Shown: positions 24,680-36,320, counted from the first letter of the stretch. The stretch: DNA of 42,629 nucleotides from Spirogloea muscicola (GCA_009602725.1 WELB01000002.1:768546-811174), one strand, 5' to 3'. The notes: generated by a model from the letters alone, not told the origin. Numbers and translations are program-made.

Positions 24680-25465
24680 CCCCTGTTCTGACATAGCATC
24701 TTCCGGCCCCTTTGTAGCTGCTAATCGCTTGTAGGCCCCCTCCAAACCTTTGTCAATTCTTTTTGGGCTGGCTTTTCGCAGCCCTTGCCCCCATTGCGAG
24801 TGCCACTTCTCTCTGGCTCGCCTTGCTGCTTAGGGCCTCGGGTGCCGGTGCCCTGGCACCCTTGACCTTGTACATTCCCGTTGGGCTGGCCATACACAGC
24901 CATTTTACATCGGGTTGGCTTTTCGCAGTAGTTCTCGCCCCTTCGAAAGAGCTCACTTCTCACAGCCATTGCCTTACATTGATGAGAGCTTTTCTTCATA
25001 GCCGCCGCCTCAGGCGATTGATGGGGCCGCGCTTTGGCTGCTGCTTCTAGGCTTCGGCGCGTTGACATTCTTCTGGTTGCAAGCTTCTCTGACTTGCGGC
25101 TGCTTACTAGGTGCTTCATTGATCCTTTGGGCTGGCCTCGCACACCTGATAGGGCTTCTTCTTTTGGGTTGTGCTTTCTCGTGGGCTGGCCTACTCAAAG
25201 TCATTGCATGAGATTCTTCCCTTCTGGGCCGGCCTTCTGGAAAGCTTCTACTCCCTTTTGGGCTGGCCTTCCACAGCCATCGCCCCCTTTAGAAAGCGCA
25301 ATATCTCTTTCCTCTGCTACTTAATTAGCTTTGCGGCTGTTAATTCAGGGGGACTGAGTGGCCTTCCATTGGTTCCACTTGATCAACTCAGTGGTTTACG
25401 CTTTTTCTAGGCCCTTTGGGCCTTGTCCACTCTTTTGGGCTGGCCACTCACAACCATCGTGTCCT
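24680..25465 (+). mobile_element. Array of retroelement 3' tails, including a degenerate RLE C-terminus fragment
   Basis: 24681-24812 is nearly identical to 38179-38310. 25025-25115 encodes GRALAAAS...SFSDLRLLTRC, homologous to the 4430-4731 C-terminus. Further motif copies at ~24882, 24912, 25128, 25183, 25226, 25259 and 25436. Confidence 0.7.
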
Positions 25466-26053
25466 TCTTGGAGGGCATTTTCTTCTTGCTGTTGTCAAGC
25501 GTGTGTCTCCGTGGCATAAGACTTACCAAGACAGTTCTCCTCCAAGTTTCTGTAGCTTTGGAATTGACGGATGGTCGCCAAAGTAGGTACAGGCGGGACC
25601 ACCTGCTACACCCTAACCACTACACCTTCCCACCTAAGCCTTACCACATTGCATTGAGATTTTGCAACTGCAGTTACTTTCACGAGACAATGTGAAGCTT
25701 AGGGGTGGACACTGCATGTTCCCCAGGAGCTGAAAGCAGCTTGAAGCACTGTGATAGTGCTCCCGTTCTGATCTATAAGTGTGCCTTTTTGCGCTTCAGC
25801 AAAGAGCCCCTTGGCGGTGCTAATGTTGCCGGCAGATGCACCCCAGCTTTTGCGAGCATGCAGTCAGGCATTCTTGACCAGTATACAAATACAGTGTCCA
25901 ACGTCAGAGTAGGTCAATGCTGGCCTCAGGGGTTGTATCAATTGCTAAGATCGCTTAGCATTGAGCCGGGAACTTGGCAGAAACCCTCCTGATCTCTGTT
26001 CCATTATTTGCTGAGCATGGTGTACGAGGACTGAGGCCGCTCAGTGATCGCAG

Positions 26054-28220
26054 CTAGCTGTTGTCCGCGACAACGAGTGCATCCACCCACAGAGGCCAGA
26101 AGAAAGGCACGACGTGCCAGGCAAGTAGCAGCCGAGGGAGCCGCTGTGGTGCCTCCCCTGCCGCAAGGACAAGCTCGCTGTTGCTGCCTACGTTGACATT
26201 CACAGTGCCAAGTACGCGCACCACTTGGCCAACCCTCAAGCTTCTGCGTAGTGGCAAACACGCACAGGTCGCAGGTCAGAGCTCCCGCTCAGTCACCGAG
26301 GACCACCAAGAGATCAAAACATCTACTTTAGCAGGGAGATGGTTGTTGGTGACCCTTACTTCTCATGTACGACCTCCTCGAGCGCAGTCCCGGCATTCAG
26401 GGCACCGCTGACGGCCATTTCGCTTTGCAGGTATGTTGCGAGTTGTCCGGCCATTGCTGCCGAAGAAGCAAGCACGGTGACCTGCTGGCCAGTCACCTCG
26501 TCTTCCAGGCAGAAGTCCACGGCCGCCTGATGCAGGAGCATCTCGCTCACACCCCGGCCCTGCGCCGCCACCCTCCGCTCCAGGACGACCAGGCCCTGAA
26601 CGGTAACCTCACCATGACAGTGTCAATTCAGCAGATAATTGCATCTGCGCAGACTTCTGCATGGTCCAAAGAGAACAGCGGTCTTGTCAGGTGTTGCAGC
26701 TGCCGTGTTGATATGTATTCAGGGACAACAAACTGGCGGTCTTAAGCAGCACCTTGTTGGTCGCCGTTGCAAATAAGGGCTTGCCCGCTTTTGGGAGGCA
26801 GACCGTTCCCTGCAGCACCACGCTGTGGCCCTCTGGCAGTAATTCGCCAGGGCAGGCGGCCTTGCCGCTCTTCAGGTAACTTTTCAGCAGGGAGGCTGGC
26901 CGACAAGCCAGACCAATATTTGCGACAAGGAGCAGGGCCCACGCCCCACCGCCTGGCCACCAATGCACGACATTGTGAGGCGGACATCATCGTCAAACAA
27001 TCAGTGTGGACTGTTCAAAGTAAGCTAGTCTACCAACTAACAAAAGTCAAGCAAGATGAGATTCTTTACATCACTGCTTAGTATTAGCAGTGTGGATGTA
27101 TCCACGCATGTGTTCCAGGGACGGGTCCAGTGCTGCAAAGGTGCGGTCATGCACGGCCCAGCTCCTGCAACTCTAACGCTGACATACCTACTGTAAGAAC
27201 AGCAATCCACGCCGCGTTGTTGCTGACCAAATGCTCTGTGAGCATGGTGGCGCACGCGAGTATGCCCATGACAACGGCGTTAACCGCGATGAAGAAGGCG
27301 TACTCCAGGCAGCGCCGGCCTAGGCCAACCTGGTTGTCATGAGTGGAAGAAGAGATCAGTGCTTTTGGTGTGCAGTTTCCCCACGGGGTCAGCACCGGCA
27401 GAGGCGGACTGCTGTGGTGAGGAGGCAAGATGCGAGAACTGCCAGAGCCGCCGGACGCACGCTGCCAAGCGGCTGCCACCCTCTTGGTGGTCTTGGTGAG
27501 TCGCTGCAGATGAGATGAACGAAGGCGGAGCTGTACCTGGCCCCTGCGCCGCCTGCTGAGGCACGACCCACAGCCTCCAGCATGCGGTGCGCCGCCGCGG
27601 TCGGCCGGGATGTCGACGGCCACGCTTTCCGACAGCCCATTGCCGCTGGCATCCTGTGGGTCCTTGGCCGCGACGCCTTTCACTACCGGCGCGCCGTCGA
27701 TGCCTCCCAGCAGCTCCGTGAGGGCGGCCACATCGGGCGCGCCGTCCGCCGCCAGCAGGCTGGCCAGAGTGCTGCGCAGGGTCGTCAAAGGCGGCGAGTC
27801 CTCGCCATTGCCGCTGCTGCCGACGCCGTCGTGGACGCCGTCGTCGCGCGTTCGGGCCACCTCGTCGAGCACTGCCGTCCGCGGGGGGCTGTCGTTGCCG
27901 AAGCCGGGCCCCCTGCCGCGGGCCGGCTTCACCAGGCTCAGCAGGTACGCCACGGCGCCCCGGGATTGCTTATCACCGTCGCCACTGACGGCGGAGGCGG
28001 CATTGGCGTCCGCTTCTCCATCGGAATCGGCGTCGGCTGCCGGAGGCTTCCAGCGCTCGCCTCCGGAAAGGAAGTCGGCGCCGCCGCCGCCACTTTCCAA
28101 AGCGAAGGCCAGGAGCGCGCGGGCCTCGCGCTCGCCCGGGCGGTCCAGCGCGCCGCTGGCGACGACGGCCTTGTTCTCGGGGATCGCCGGCAGCGCCTGG
28201 CGGTGGTGGAGCGCCGCCAT
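26054..28220 (-). CDS. Membrane protein, probable distant SHOU4/At1g16860-family member (552 aa, 4 exons)
   Basis: Phase-consistent exons 28220-27188, 26952-26753, 26595-26360, 26243-26054. A disordered N-terminus, then hydrophobic helices (YAFFIAVNAVVMGILACATML; AAWIAVLTVGGGAWALLLVANIGL), then SVVLQGTV, AVDFCLEDEVTGQQVTV, EKSLRVGQVVRVLGTV and FFWPLWVDALVV. These parallel recalled SHOU4-family blocks (VKVTGVV, VVDFYISDFQSG, IKEGSTVSVIGVV, FPTSLEGIVL). The gene model is solid; the family call is moderate. Confidence 0.65.
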
Positions 28221-28447
28221 GGCGGCCCCGCGGCGGGCCGCCCGCGAGGCCCCCCTGCTAGCTGCGGCTTCGCTGCGCCCGACTGGGTCCTCTCCGGAGT
28301 CCGAACAGTCGCGGTAACTCGCTAACCGACATCAATCTGCATCAATTGACAGGCTGGCTGGCGCGGTCAGCCGCCGTCGCTGGCCGGCCTCCGTAACCTG
28401 GTTGCACCCACAAGTAGCAAGCATTGCTCCCAATATCCTCCTTGGAG

Positions 28448-29260
28448 GAAGGGCTCGCCCTCCTTGGGACTTTGTCCATTCTTTTCCACTCTTTTTGCGC
28501 GTAACAAAAAGAGTGGAAAAGAATGGACATACGGCCCCTTTCTGACCATGAACATTCCTTTGGGCTGGCCTCTCACGGCCGCTGCCTTGACCTTGTCCAT
28601 TCCTTTTGGGCTAGCTTCTCCCAGCCACCAGTCAATTCGGCCGCGCTTTTCTGCCTTACATCGGATGAGCTGTTGCCTGTCGGGCTGGCTCTTCACAGCC
28701 TCACCCGTGTGTTTGACAGTATTTTCCTCCTTCGAAGGGGCCGAGGGCTGTGAAGAAAGGGCTCGCCCATAGAGAAGAGGGGCAAGCTCATCCAAGGGAT
28801 GAGCTCCATTCTTATGATGAGCTCCATTTTCCTCCCCCTCTCCAGTCAGCGGGCTGCCGAGGGTAGTGCCTTGGCCACTCCAATTTTGGGCTGACCTTTC
28901 TTCTCCCCAGCCGTCGGCCCCTCTTGTCTCACTTGTCCTCTTCGCTCACTCTTGTACAATCCTTTGGGCTGGCCTCTCACAGCCATTGCCGTCAAGATGG
29001 AAGTGCTGTTCTCTTTGGTTGCTTCATTTTCATGCGCACCGCGCGCCTTCTCTCTTTGGGAAAACCTTTCCTACTGTTACAGGTGGTTGGAACAACGCTA
29101 AACGCAAACCCAGAACTTTCAACATCTTCGCCACGACCTGGGATTCGGGGGCCCGTGCTAGATTATGGCGGCGGCGAGCTCGGGCATGTGCCTCCCCAGG
29201 CTGGCTTTTTGGGCTGGCTTTTCGCAGCCCTTGCCCCCATTGGGAGTGCCACTTCTCTCC
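28448..29260. repeat. Cluster of hairpin/tail copies upstream of the SHOU4-like gene
   Basis: Forward copies at ~28561, 28607, 28682, 28887, 28966 and 29211 (full type B tail to 29258). Reverse nested tails at 28738-28788. Confidence 0.75.
28473..28529. repeat. Perfect 25-bp inverted repeat with a 7-nt loop
   Basis: tgtccattcttttccactctttttg-cgcgtaa-caaaaagagtggaaaagaatggaca. Confidence 0.95.
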
Positions 29261-29466
29261 AGGCGCCAGCGGGGCCCACCGAGCGGAAAGAGGGGGGAGA
29301 GGAGGGAGGGAGGAGGGAGGGAGGGAGTCGCGCACGTCGCGGCGTCGTGGCGCGGGCCTCGGGCTTCCCGCCGCTGCCGCTCGCACGCGGGGCAGGGCAC
29401 CACCCGGCCCCTCCTCCCCATTCGTTCTCTAGCCGCCTCCCCCCAGCCCCGCCGCCCCCCCCCTCC

Positions 29467-30053
29467 NNNNNNNNNNNNNNNNNNNNNNNNNNNNNNNNNN
29501 NNNNNNNNNNNNNNNNNNNNNNNNNNNNNNNNNNNNNNNNNNNNNNNNNNNNNNNNNNNNNNNNNNNNNNNNNNNNNNNNNNNNNNNNNNNNNNNNNNNN
29601 NNNNNNNNNNNNNNNNNNNNNNNNNNNNNNNNNNNNNNNNNNNNNNNNNNNNNNNNNNNNNNNNNNNNNNNNNNNNNNNNNNNNNNNNNNNNNNNNNNNN
29701 NNNNNNNNNNNNNNNNNNNNNNNNNNNNNNNNNNNNNNNNNNNNNNNNNNNNNNNNNNNNNNNNNNNNNNNNNNNNNNNNNNNNNNNNNNNNNNNNNNNN
29801 NNNNNNNNNNNNNNNNNNNNNNNNNNNNNNNNNNNNNNNNNNNNNNNNNNNNNNNNNNNNNNNNNNNNNNNNNNNNNNNNNNNNNNNNNNNNNNNNNNNN
29901 NNNNNNNNNNNNNNNNNNNNNNNNNNNNNNNNNNNNNNNNNNNNNNNNNNNNNNNNNNNNNNNNNNNNNNNNNNNNNNNNNNNNNNNNNNNNNNNNNNNN
30001 NNNNNNNNNNNNNNNNNNNNNNNNNNNNNNNNNNNNNNNNNNNNNNNNNNNNN
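29467..30053. other. Assembly gap (587 N)
   Basis: Run of N, flanked by a C-rich tract on the left and a retroelement endonuclease fragment on the right. Confidence 1.
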
Positions 30054-30270
30054 GTGTCGATTGCGGCCGGGAGGAGGTGGTCACTGCGGGGGTAGTCTGA
30101 GTAGTGTCGGAGCTTTTTCTGCTCAGCACCTCCCACTGCGTGGCCAGCAATGTGTGTGGAAGCGGAACTCTTGTATGCCTCAGTCACCACCACATCAACC
30201 AAAGCTCGTGGGCCTCCGCCAGGTTGTACACCCACAATGTCCAGGGTGCGACGGTGATGGCCTCCCTGGG
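30054..30270 (-). mobile_element. Catalytic part of the restriction-like endonuclease (PD-(D/E)xK-type) of a CRE-like non-LTR retrotransposon, running into the gap
   Basis: RRTLDIVGVQPGGGPRALVDVVVT...HAVGGAEQKKLRHYSDYPRSDHLLPAAIDT fits the R..D...D.V...AE..K...Y...P.A.D pattern. It ends where the 4430 fragment begins (LAIDTHGALG). Confidence 0.7.
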
Positions 30271-30449
30271 CATGGCATAGGGCTTCGCTTCATGTAGCCC
30301 CACTTCTTGCACTAGCTTTTCAATGAACAATATATCGGCTCGAACTGGCCACTCTTTGAGTTCATGCGCACTGCGCGCCTTCTCTCTTTAGAGATTACTC
30401 GGTGATTATCCTACATGGTACTTGCTTAGTCATCGGTTTCAGCCCTTTA

Positions 30450-30730
30450 TCGGCCACTTCGGACCTTGTCAATCGTCTCTTTATCTTATTTCAAAGTCTT
30501 CATCTTTCGGGCTGGCTTTTCACAGCCTCGCCCTTTTTGGGAGAGCAACTTTTTTTGACAGCCCCTCTCATAGCTGCGTCTCCTCCTCCACCGGCACATC
30601 GCCCCCTCTAGACCTTGGGCTGTTTCTCACTTCTCTCCTGTTTCTTGGGACCTCGTTCATTTCTTTGTGGGCTGCATTTTCACAGCCCTCGCCCCCTGAT
30701 AGAGACAGCCCTCGCCCCCTGATAGAGCTG
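30450..30730 (+). repeat. Degenerate tail/hairpin copies with a 23-bp tandem duplication
   Basis: Motif at ~30508, 30617 and 30669; cagccctcgccccctgatagag occurs twice at 30683-30727. Confidence 0.7.
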
Positions 30731-31829
30731 CTTCTTCTTCTTGGTAGAGCTACACTGAGCCTACTTCTCAGCCCGCTAATTATACAGTTGCCTTACAGCA
30801 TAGGCCTCCGCTCCACGTTCTTCCCACTAGCTTTTGCCTGAACAGTGCATTGGCTAGATAAGGCCTCCCTTCCCTTCATGCGCAATGCACGCCTTCTCTG
30901 AGCCCCCGTCCGCTTGTGTGTGAAGCAGCCAGACCGTGGGCAGCTGGCTGCTGTTCAGCTGTAACAGCCAGCTCGATCGAGTCTGTTGCTGGAGCTCCTC
31001 CTGCTATGCTACCCAGTTGCTGCTGCTCGTCCTGAACATCCTTGACGGGCCGGCCCACTCACCATCAGCTGCCACCACATGCAGGAGCTTGCATATTCTA
31101 CCGACGCCCTTCTCCCCCATCTTTCACTGTACGCGACCTTGTAGATAGGAACAAACACATTAAGCTGAAGACCAGCAAATGCTCTTGTGGAGGAGCTCAC
31201 ACTCTGTCACTCAGCATCGCCTGGACGAAGCTGGTACTCTTCAGAGCTCCTCAAACTGTTGCGCTAGGGTCCAACCCTAAGGAGACACATATGAGGTCAA
31301 TTCTGTGCTGCGGCCGGCATGTGGAGTTGGCAAATGACTTCAGTGGTAGTGAGGGCCCTAAATGGTGGTCGTACTAAAAGCTTGAACGGCACTTGCACAC
31401 CTTGTCACGATTGTGCCTATGGTACTCGTGCATGCCACTTGTTGTGATCTGTCTGGGACGAAACACCAATTCAAGCCAGAATCAGAAGTAAATAGCTACT
31501 ACCGAGAACAAAGGTCACTTGTGACCATCAAGTTGTGGAGCCTCTGAGACAGCAGTCATCTTGCAGACGAGTCTTGCCATGTGGGAATAGAAGACTGGAA
31601 AGCATCTCTCAATGAATGGCTATTTCAACGATCTCAACAGTTTCTATGTCCAACTCATGGAGCTAGTAAGCAATTCTGGCTGATGGCTAGATTTTTGCAA
31701 TCACTCATTCCTAACTTGGAACCCTGTAACCTTGTCTTTTAGATTTACTTGAGAGTCTTGGCTTTCTAGGGTTTGAGACTCCAGCCATCAATGTAGCATG
31801 GCTAGGAAACGTGCACAAGCACTCGCGAC

Positions 31830-32655
31830 CCACTGGACCCTTCGGACCTTGTCCACTCTTTTCGGGCTGGCTTTCACAGCTCTCGTCGCTTTTTGAAGAA
31901 TTTTTTCCACAGACATCGCCCACTTATAAAAAGCTTTTGCTCTTGGAGCGGCCATCTTTTCGGGATTGCTTTGATTTTGCTAGCTTTCTGCTTTCAACTG
32001 GAGAGAGTGTCTTCCCAGGAGGGGGCGATGGCTGTGCAGGGACATCTCAAGAAAGACTTCAGTTACCGACTCCCGTGACCTTTTTCTCTTAACGTTTTGT
32101 GGGCCGGCCCTTCACAGCCTCACCCCATTTGCAAATGGCTGCTTCTTTCTTCTTTGCCCTCGCCCCCGCTGAAAGACCAGCTTATTACTCTTGGAAGTGC
32201 TTCTCCTTCTTTCTGGCTCCTCAGTATAGCTTGTCAGATATGCATGTGATCACTCGGGGACATTAGTGTCCCCCTTGGCCAGCTCATTACCCAGTTACCA
32301 GGGCATATGTAAGGCTAGAATTGGCCTCCCTTTCAATTTCATGCCCATCGCGCGCCTTCCCTCTGGGCTGCCGGGGTTAGGGTTTAGGCTTTCTCTGACT
32401 TTGTGGCTGCTAAATGCGACACTCCTTTTGGTCACGTGCTTTCTTGCTTCTCGACGCCTTGAGACCTTGTTTACTCTTTTGTGGGCTGGCCTCTCGCAGC
32501 CCTCGCCCCGTCTGGAAATGGTACTTCTCATTATTTCTTCTCTTGTTGAAGCTTCTTTGCCCCACAAGAGAGAATGCTTCTGATAGAAGAAGAAGAGGTA
32601 TAATTTAGACGCGAAGATGTCCACCGAAGTGGGTGAGGGCCAGCCCAACAAGGAT
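31830..32655. repeat. Degenerate tail/hairpin copies
   Basis: Forward copies at ~31864, 32101 and 32483; reverse copies at ~32022 and 32637. Upstream module ggacccttcggaccttgtccactctttt at 31836. Confidence 0.65.
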
Positions 32656-33271
32656 GGGCGTTAACAGGTTGCGCCCGCTTCTTCTTCCCTTGGCAGAGGT
32701 CCCATCAGTACTTCGTCTCTCCCCCGGCCTTTCATCCTACTATGGACATATTTGCTTCAGGTGAGCTCGTGCAGGCTGGCCAGCACACATGGAAGGAGCC
32801 ACTGCCAACATTGACATATTCACGCCTTTCAGTCCTCGTGAAGAGCTTCTGTGTCGATCCTCTGAGCATACATACTTGACAAAGACTGCACGCAAGATAT
32901 GACAGTCTCCAATCAACTGACTGTCGAGCGAGTCACCTGAATATGCTAAACCGAGGTGGCCACATGTATATCCATATTCGTGCTTCTCAACACTCTTTCT
33001 GCTGTAGCAACTTCTGTCAAGTTGCTCCCAAATTATTCAAATGTAGTGTCAATGCGGGGTGACAAGGATGTTCAGGTAGGTCACCACCAAGAATGAAAGA
33101 ATGTCTGCCGTCGAAGCGGACGACCTAAGAATGCTGTAGCTTTGCTTGGAGGAAATACAGCAATGATTGTGATCCTTGACCATGTTGGTAGGAGCACTTC
33201 TCGACCTGCTTGACGGTCTTCAGCTATTTCTAATGTCACTCTTCTTTATTTTGACATAAATGGATGTGACA

Positions 33272-34419
33272 CTAGGCCAACGCTACTGCACAGTTATTAC
33301 ACCCCGCGCCAAGGGCGATCGGGGCCTGGATCCTCCTAATGACGCCTGGTAATGCGCGCCTTCGATGCTTTGCCTCCTGCGAGCTCTGAAGGGCTGGATG
33401 GGGTTTCCTGCTGCTCAGGAAGTCCCAGTATCCTGCACCTTGCGGACCAGGGCGGCTTGCTGCGACGTCATCAAAAGGAGCAATGACTGCAGCATGAAAG
33501 ACAGGCGGCGAGCCACTTCTGTCCTCCTTGTCACTGGTCCCAATGCTGGATGTGGGGGACAGGACGCAGTCGGGGCTCTGTTCGCGCTCAAAGGCAGCCT
33601 TCTCCTCCTGCCACGAGCTACGAAAGGCCGGTAACCCGTGCTGCAAACCCGCCAAGGACGCACCAGAGCTCTCGGCTGTGTCCGACAGAGTTGCCAGGCT
33701 CGACACACTGGAGACCTCTGAGGATGTGCACGAGGACGCAGACGAGCCCACATCCACGTCTGGCTGGAGGAACCGCAGGAGGTCGACTGTCGACTGAGGG
33801 GATAGTGGGAAGGATGTGGTCCTTGTGAACGAGCGCTCTGCCGGCTGCACAGCAGAAGCAGGAGGGCAGGGAGCCTCGTGTCAGAGTCGGAGAACGGCAG
33901 GAAATTGATCAAACTGAGCCTCTCATTTAAGCATGGGCATTGACCACAGCATCCAGAGAAAGCAATGGGGCTTACCTTTGCATCCGTGGCGCCAGGGAGC
34001 ACCTGGCCAGTACTCCAGACACGCTGCTCTCCAGCCCAGGCGCCCAGCGAGGCCGGCGGAGAAGGCACCTCGAGCCGCCCCAGCCGAGCCGGCACATAGG
34101 TGGTGTCCTGACTGCGGTCGTGGTGCTGCCCATCACCAGGAACCACGGCAGCAGACGGCAAGCGCTCCATCTGCGCGGCGCCTAGCAGACGAGGCGGCCC
34201 CTGACGGGCCCACTCCTGCGTCCGTATCCGCGGCAGAGCCGGCATGTCGAGCATCCCAGCCCCAGATGGGAACCCCCTGCGCTGCCGTGGCGCGCAGTCG
34301 ACAACTGGGTCCGGGATGACCAGCGGCGCCGGGCGGGGCCGCCTCCCCAGCCTCTGCGGCGCAGGGCCAGCCGCCGCCGCCGCCGCAGTCGCCGTTGCCG
34401 CCGGCACCGTCTCGCCCAT
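33272..34419 (-). CDS. Hypothetical Ser/Pro-rich disordered protein (338 aa, 2 exons)
   Basis: ATG at 34419 (MGETVPAATATAAAAAAG...RPRPAPLVIP) in a GC island. Exon 34419-33976 ends AAG|gtaagc; acceptor ctgtgcag| precedes exon 33844-33272; phase 0 and in frame. No family recognised. Confidence 0.55.
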
Positions 34420-34759
34420 CAGAGCACCGGCGCAGCCGCCGCCTTCAGGACGACCGGCGCGGAGCGAGCTCACGAGCGGGCCAGCGAGCCAGCGAGCGAG
34501 CGAGCGAGCGAGCGAGCGGGCGAGGCGGCAGCGACGGCCGGGGGCCGTGGCGGCGAGGGAGCCGGCACAGGGCGGCGGCGGGGGGGCGGCCTCGTCGTCG
34601 GGAGGAACCGCGACTGGTGGTGTTGCTACAGCGGCGCTGAAAGGACACGTCCAGCGGGGCCTGTACAGCGGGGCGGGCTGTGGGAAGCCAGCCAGAAGCC
34701 AGCCAGAAGCCCCCAAAGCGGGGGAGATGGGCGCCGCGTCGTCTGTGCCACCACCGAGT

Positions 34760-34870
34760 ACGGCCAGGCAAGCAGCGGCCCCTGGCTCTGTCCAGGGGAC
34801 CCACTTCCAGGACCCTAGCCTCTCTGATTTGCGGCTGCTTAGCAGGGGTNCCCCCCCCCCCCCCCCCCCC
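34760..34870 (+). mobile_element. Retroelement RLE C-terminus fragment ending at an N followed by poly-C
   Basis: caggggacccacttccaggaccctagcctctctgatttgcggctgcttagcaggggt is almost identical to 4669-4725 (QGTHFQDPSLSDLRLLSRG). Confidence 0.8.
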
Positions 34871-35369
34871 GTCTCGGCAATCCCGAGGGCGATGGTGTGC
34901 GGTGGGCCCCACGCCGGTGGCGGCTGCACCCTCCCCGCTCCCCCCCTCCTCTCCGCCCCTTCCTCCCTCCTCGCCCGCGCCCGCGGCGCCGCCAGCTGGC
35001 GCCCCGCCCCCTGGCCGGCGGCTGGCGCGCTGTCGCCTTGTGGCTCCAGGGCCCACCTGGCGGCGGCCGCCAGGTGGGGGCGCGTGGCTCGCACGTGCCG
35101 GCGTCGCGCTCCACGTGGCGGCTGCCGCGGGTTGGGCTCCACCGCCTCGTCGCTTGCGCCGGCGCGGGGGTTCGATTCTCGCTGAGGGGAATTTCCGGCG
35201 GTTTTTCCTCCTCCCTCCTCTCTCTCGCGCCGTCGTCGCTAAGGCCGGCCGCTCTTTCTCCCCGTTGACCTCGACCCGTCGTCCCAGGCTGAGCCACCGT
35301 CCTTCTCAGCCCCCGCCCCGTAGCATGAGGCTTATTCAGTTGCTGGCGTCTTTTAAGACTCGGTTCCTT

Positions 35370-36320
35370 TTATTTTGGGCTGCCCTCTCACAGCCATTGC
35401 CTCTCCTTGGAAGAGCTGTTTGATTTGGGCTCGTTTGTCACAGCCACTGCCTTCCTCACCCGGCTTCTAAGCGGAGGCTCGGATCCTGGACATCGCCCCC
35501 TTGACCGCCCCGCGATCCTCCACGCCGGCGCACGCGCCCCAGGCACACGCTACAAAGCCGGCAGGCGAGCCCCAGAGGAGGCAGCAGCACAGGCGATGCG
35601 GCACGAGGTGGTGGGCTGTTGCCCGCGGCTCCACAGGAACCCAAGCCTCCTGCGCGCCTGCCCCCAACTGCCCCCAACCCTCGCCGTGGCCTTCCCAGGT
35701 TGCCGTAACTATTGTATAGACGGAAGACTATCCAAACTCACTAGGGACACTTGAGCGGCAAAGTGAGGCGGCGGCCGACGCCACCGCCGGCGGGCGCTAT
35801 CCTGGCGGCCGAATCAAGGAGCAAAGCGACAAAATGTTGCGGGGCTGCGAGCGAGTTGCGGGCCGAAGGGTGCAGGCCACCGAGCAACGGGACGCTCACC
35901 TTCTGAATCCTGGAACCTAAGAACTTGTTCATGTTGATGGGGTGATGCCTGTGAGAAAATTAGGCAATGGCTGTGAGAGGCCAGCCCGACGGAATGTTCA
36001 AGAAGTGAAAAAATAAGCTCAGGCTCAGCGAAGGCTGTGAAAGGGCAGCCCAAAGAGGGTCCAAGAAAGAAAAAAGACAGAAAGCAAAGGAAGGCTTGTC
36101 CATCCTTTTTCGGCTGGCCTCTTAGTTACTTTTCGAGGAGAGGAACTCCGGAATGGTATCATATAGACTGCAGTGCCAGCCCTCAGCTCGTTTCCTTGTG
36201 CTGAATCCTCTCGCCGTACTGCAATGATACAGGCTAAGGCAGCAACTTGCAGGTATGTCTACTCTACGAAGAGATGAAGCTCATCTAGAAAGGGCAATGG
36301 TTGTGACAGGCCAGCCTAGA
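35370..36320. repeat. Hairpin motif copies, forward then reverse
   Basis: Forward at ~35377 and 35427; reverse at ~35962, 36032 and 36291. 35376-35402 and 35962-35987 form an inverted pair. Confidence 0.65.

Noticed and set aside
24760..25465. Hairpin repeats as a CRISPR array or bacterial REP elements
   Set aside because: Spacing is irregular, copies are degenerate and occur in both orientations across the window, no cas genes are present, the context is eukaryotic, and the motif is tied to retroelement 3' ends.
28924..30297. Long ORFs (268-457 aa) spanning the gap
   Set aside because: Artefacts of translating N runs.
30900..31700. Plus-strand coding region
   Set aside because: Only short ORFs without homology or convincing splice phases.
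32372..32388. Interstitial telomere repeat (ggggttagggtttagg)
   Set aside because: Only about two units; at most a telo-box.
33415..35423. 575-aa and other overlapping ORFs in the GC island
   Set aside because: Stop-poor GC-rich DNA crossing an N and a retroelement fragment. Only 34419-33976 fits a spliced gene model.
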